The position numbers were made by a program, and so were the translations under genes. 60,401 nucleotides of DNA from Candidatus Thorarchaeota archaeon. GTDB taxonomy: Archaea; Asgardarchaeota; Thorarchaeia; Thorarchaeales; Thorarchaeaceae. Position 1 is the stretch's first letter; each line of letters begins with the position of its first letter. This document shows positions 58,527 through 60,401 of this stretch, in pieces. Below the pieces are notes generated by a model. It ran no database searches and had not been told where the DNA came from. It saw nothing but the letters and a program-made list of their open reading frames with translations. Location of the stretch: NCBI GenBank assembly GCA_016933575.1, contig JAFGAR010000015.1, positions 1-60,401 of the forward strand, in the 5' to 3' direction.

Positions 58527-58712
58527 GTGAGAATATATTTCGATGTGGTTATGATGGTTCGAATCGACGACGATGCAATAAAGAGAATCTCTCAACAAGA
58601 AAATATGGTTCAAGATAGTGATTCCTACTCCCAAAGAGATGTATGGGAGGCTGTAATCACATTCTGGAAAATGAGAGAACGGAACAAGACCCGATTTACA
58701 ATTCATAAGTAG
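58527..58712 (+). CDS. Possible small protein
   Basis: 61-aa ORF co-oriented with the downstream gene; weak support. Confidence 0.3.
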   Translation: MRIYFDVVMMVRIDDDAIKRISQQENMVQDSDSYSQRDVWEAVITFWKMRERNKTRFTIHK

Positions 58713-58740
58713 ACACATTTCAAAAGAGAGGTGGATTCCG

Positions 58741-59604
58741 GTGTCTTTCAGTAAAGCCTCTAGATCTCGCGTTCAAGATAGGATACTTTCAATTCTTGAG
58801 GAGGCTCCAAGTTACGGATATGAGATGATTCGTCAATTAGGAAGCGATTATGGTGACCTGCGACTGAATACCCTCTATCGTTGGTTAGCAGATATGGAAA
58901 AGAATTCATTAATTCACAGTGAGATAAGTCCAGGACCACTGGGACCAAATCGGAGAATCTATAGTATAACAGCGGGAGGAAAGAAACAGGTTCAGCTACT
59001 TCTTCGAGACTCGATTCAAATTCTATTGAATTTCTACGATGATTATAGACGTTTCTTAATCAACAACCTTGATGGAATATTAAAGAATGTTTCAAGTAGT
59101 CATACAAGTGGACGTACTCTTCTTTGTTTTGGTGCAGGGATTACTAAGAGAGACCAGGCAATACTGGATTTTATTACAGAACGGTGTAGCCCTGATCCTG
59201 TCTATGTAGTAGGAGAAACATGTACAATTTCTGACAGTAAGAGGAAATTGCGTTTACTAGGAGGAAGTCTCACAAATATTCCGAGTAAAAGTAATTCATT
59301 CAATGAGATATGGGTAACAAAATTACCAGAGAGAGAATATTGGTCTGTCACTCTTAATGAGTGTAAGAGGGTTCTAAAAAAGGGTGGGCGACTCTGGATT
59401 TTGCCAGCATTTGCATATCTTGTTCCTCCATTTCAACATACAATAGAAGACTTCCTTCGAGTCACAGCAGTTCACTTGTTTCCAAATTTAGGCGTTATCG
59501 AGTCTGAATCTTTGACTCAAGAGATACAAGATAGTTATTCAGAGGGGGGTGCTTGTGAAATTGCCTATGGAGTAACAGCATTTTGGGCAACAAAAGAGGA
59601 ATGA
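58741..59604 (+). CDS. PadR-family wHTH fused to a methyltransferase-like domain
   Basis: SYGYEMI...LYRWL..ME...RRIYSITAGG; C-terminal ECKRVLKKGGRL. Confidence 0.8.
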   Translation: MSFSKASRSRVQDRILSILEEAPSYGYEMIRQLGSDYGDLRLNTLYRWLADMEKNSLIHSEISPGPLGPNRRIYSITAGGKKQVQLLLRDSIQILLNFYDDYRRFLINNLDGILKNVSSSHTSGRTLLCFGAGITKRDQAILDFITERCSPDPVYVVGETCTISDSKRKLRLLGGSLTNIPSKSNSFNEIWVTKLPEREYWSVTLNECKRVLKKGGRLWILPAFAYLVPPFQHTIEDFLRVTAVHLFPNLGVIESESLTQEIQDSYSEGGACEIAYGVTAFWATKEE

Positions 59605-59720
59605 AACATCCTGATTTCTCACATCTCTCCTATTCTACTCTTGGGACATAGCTTTTCTTCTACAAGAGCGAGGTAGAACATGTATTCGAAATCATTATAC
59701 ACAAGAATGTATGGAACCAA

Positions 59721-60395
59721 ATGGAGCGTTATACAATGTCGAAGAAAAAGAAAATAGAGTATCAGGATGTGATTTCCTTCAAGCCAGCTCCATTGAAGGT
59801 TCTTTCTGATGAAGCCACTGTTAAGACTCTAACGGATCCAACCTATTACCCAATCATTGGAATGCTTCGTCGTGGACCCATGACTGTCAAAGAGATTGAG
59901 AGAGAATATAACAAGAATGCAAAGAAATTTGGCTTGGAATCAAAATCTGACAAGACAATCTATAGATATCTCAAACATCTCGAGAAACATGGACTAATAG
60001 CTCCTGCTGGGAAACGCGTATTCTTTGGGAAGACTGCCACTGAAACGTTATTCGTACGTACTGGAGATATGTTCCACTTCAGAGACTTTGCTCCAGAATG
60101 GTGGGATACAGAGCCTTCACTTCAATTTGCAAAAGGTATTGCTGCTGCTACAGAGGATCTTTTCCAAGATTGCAAACTCTCTCCAGAGTGTGTTCTTAAA
60201 ATCGTGAAGCTTTTCGAAGAAGAAAAAGAGGTGAGAATTCGAGAGTTTGTCGCTCAAGATGACGCAAGAGTGAAGGAATTCACATCTGTTGCAGAGTTTA
60301 CAAAGATTGAGCTTGCACTCCAATATGTTGGTATATTTGCAGTCTTAGTAAAATATCCAAATATCATAGAAAAAATCAGAGAATGCTGCCATTGA
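59721..60395 (+). CDS. Winged-helix (ArsR-like) transcriptional regulator
   Basis: LRRGPMTVKEI...SDKTIYRYLKHLEKHGLI. Alternative start at 59736. Confidence 0.85.
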   Translation: MERYTMSKKKKIEYQDVISFKPAPLKVLSDEATVKTLTDPTYYPIIGMLRRGPMTVKEIEREYNKNAKKFGLESKSDKTIYRYLKHLEKHGLIAPAGKRVFFGKTATETLFVRTGDMFHFRDFAPEWWDTEPSLQFAKGIAAATEDLFQDCKLSPECVLKIVKLFEEEKEVRIREFVAQDDARVKEFTSVAEFTKIELALQYVGIFAVLVKYPNIIEKIRECCH

Positions 60396-60401
60396 ACTCC
60401 A

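Noticed and set aside
1-60401. tRNA or rRNA genes
   Set aside because: No cloverleaf, T-loop or rRNA-like GC-rich segment was recognised in the intergenic gaps by eye; tRNAscan-SE would be needed to exclude them formally.

Overview
Archaeal chromosomal window. It is most likely from an Asgard archaeon, probably Thorarchaeia-like; this is inferred from the archaeal-type glyS, trpS, mat, AlaX, Nre and Hel308-like genes plus SNAP-like, PCI-like, CINP-like and VIT-vWA proteins. The main discovery, at 1-13.7 kb, is an apparent polymorphic C-terminus-switching system. A 1294-aa secreted protein (9352..13236) carries a signal peptide, a caspase/CHAT-like His-Gly...Ala-Cys motif pair, three ~200-aa beta-rich repeats, a P-x-P-x-x-x-D-G-[TS] boundary and an AT-rich, variable, multi-transmembrane C-terminus. 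A small membrane partner gene follows it immediately. On the opposite strand (1..5156) is a head-to-tail array of at least four 5'-truncated alternative C-terminal cassettes. Each starts with a GC-rich homology arm, and the three complete ones are each followed by their own partner gene. The arms are inverted relative to the full-length gene, so recombination would swap C-termini by inverting a 7-11 kb segment containing glyS and HMG-CoA reductase, without deleting anything. The arms are mosaic, which points to past crossovers. A HEPN toxin remnant, cut exactly at the array edge, marks a rearrangement breakpoint. The rest of the window is housekeeping, membrane and surface genes. I found no rRNA, tRNA, CRISPR array, recombinase, transposase or reverse transcriptase. 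All family assignments come from motifs recognised by eye; no database search was run.
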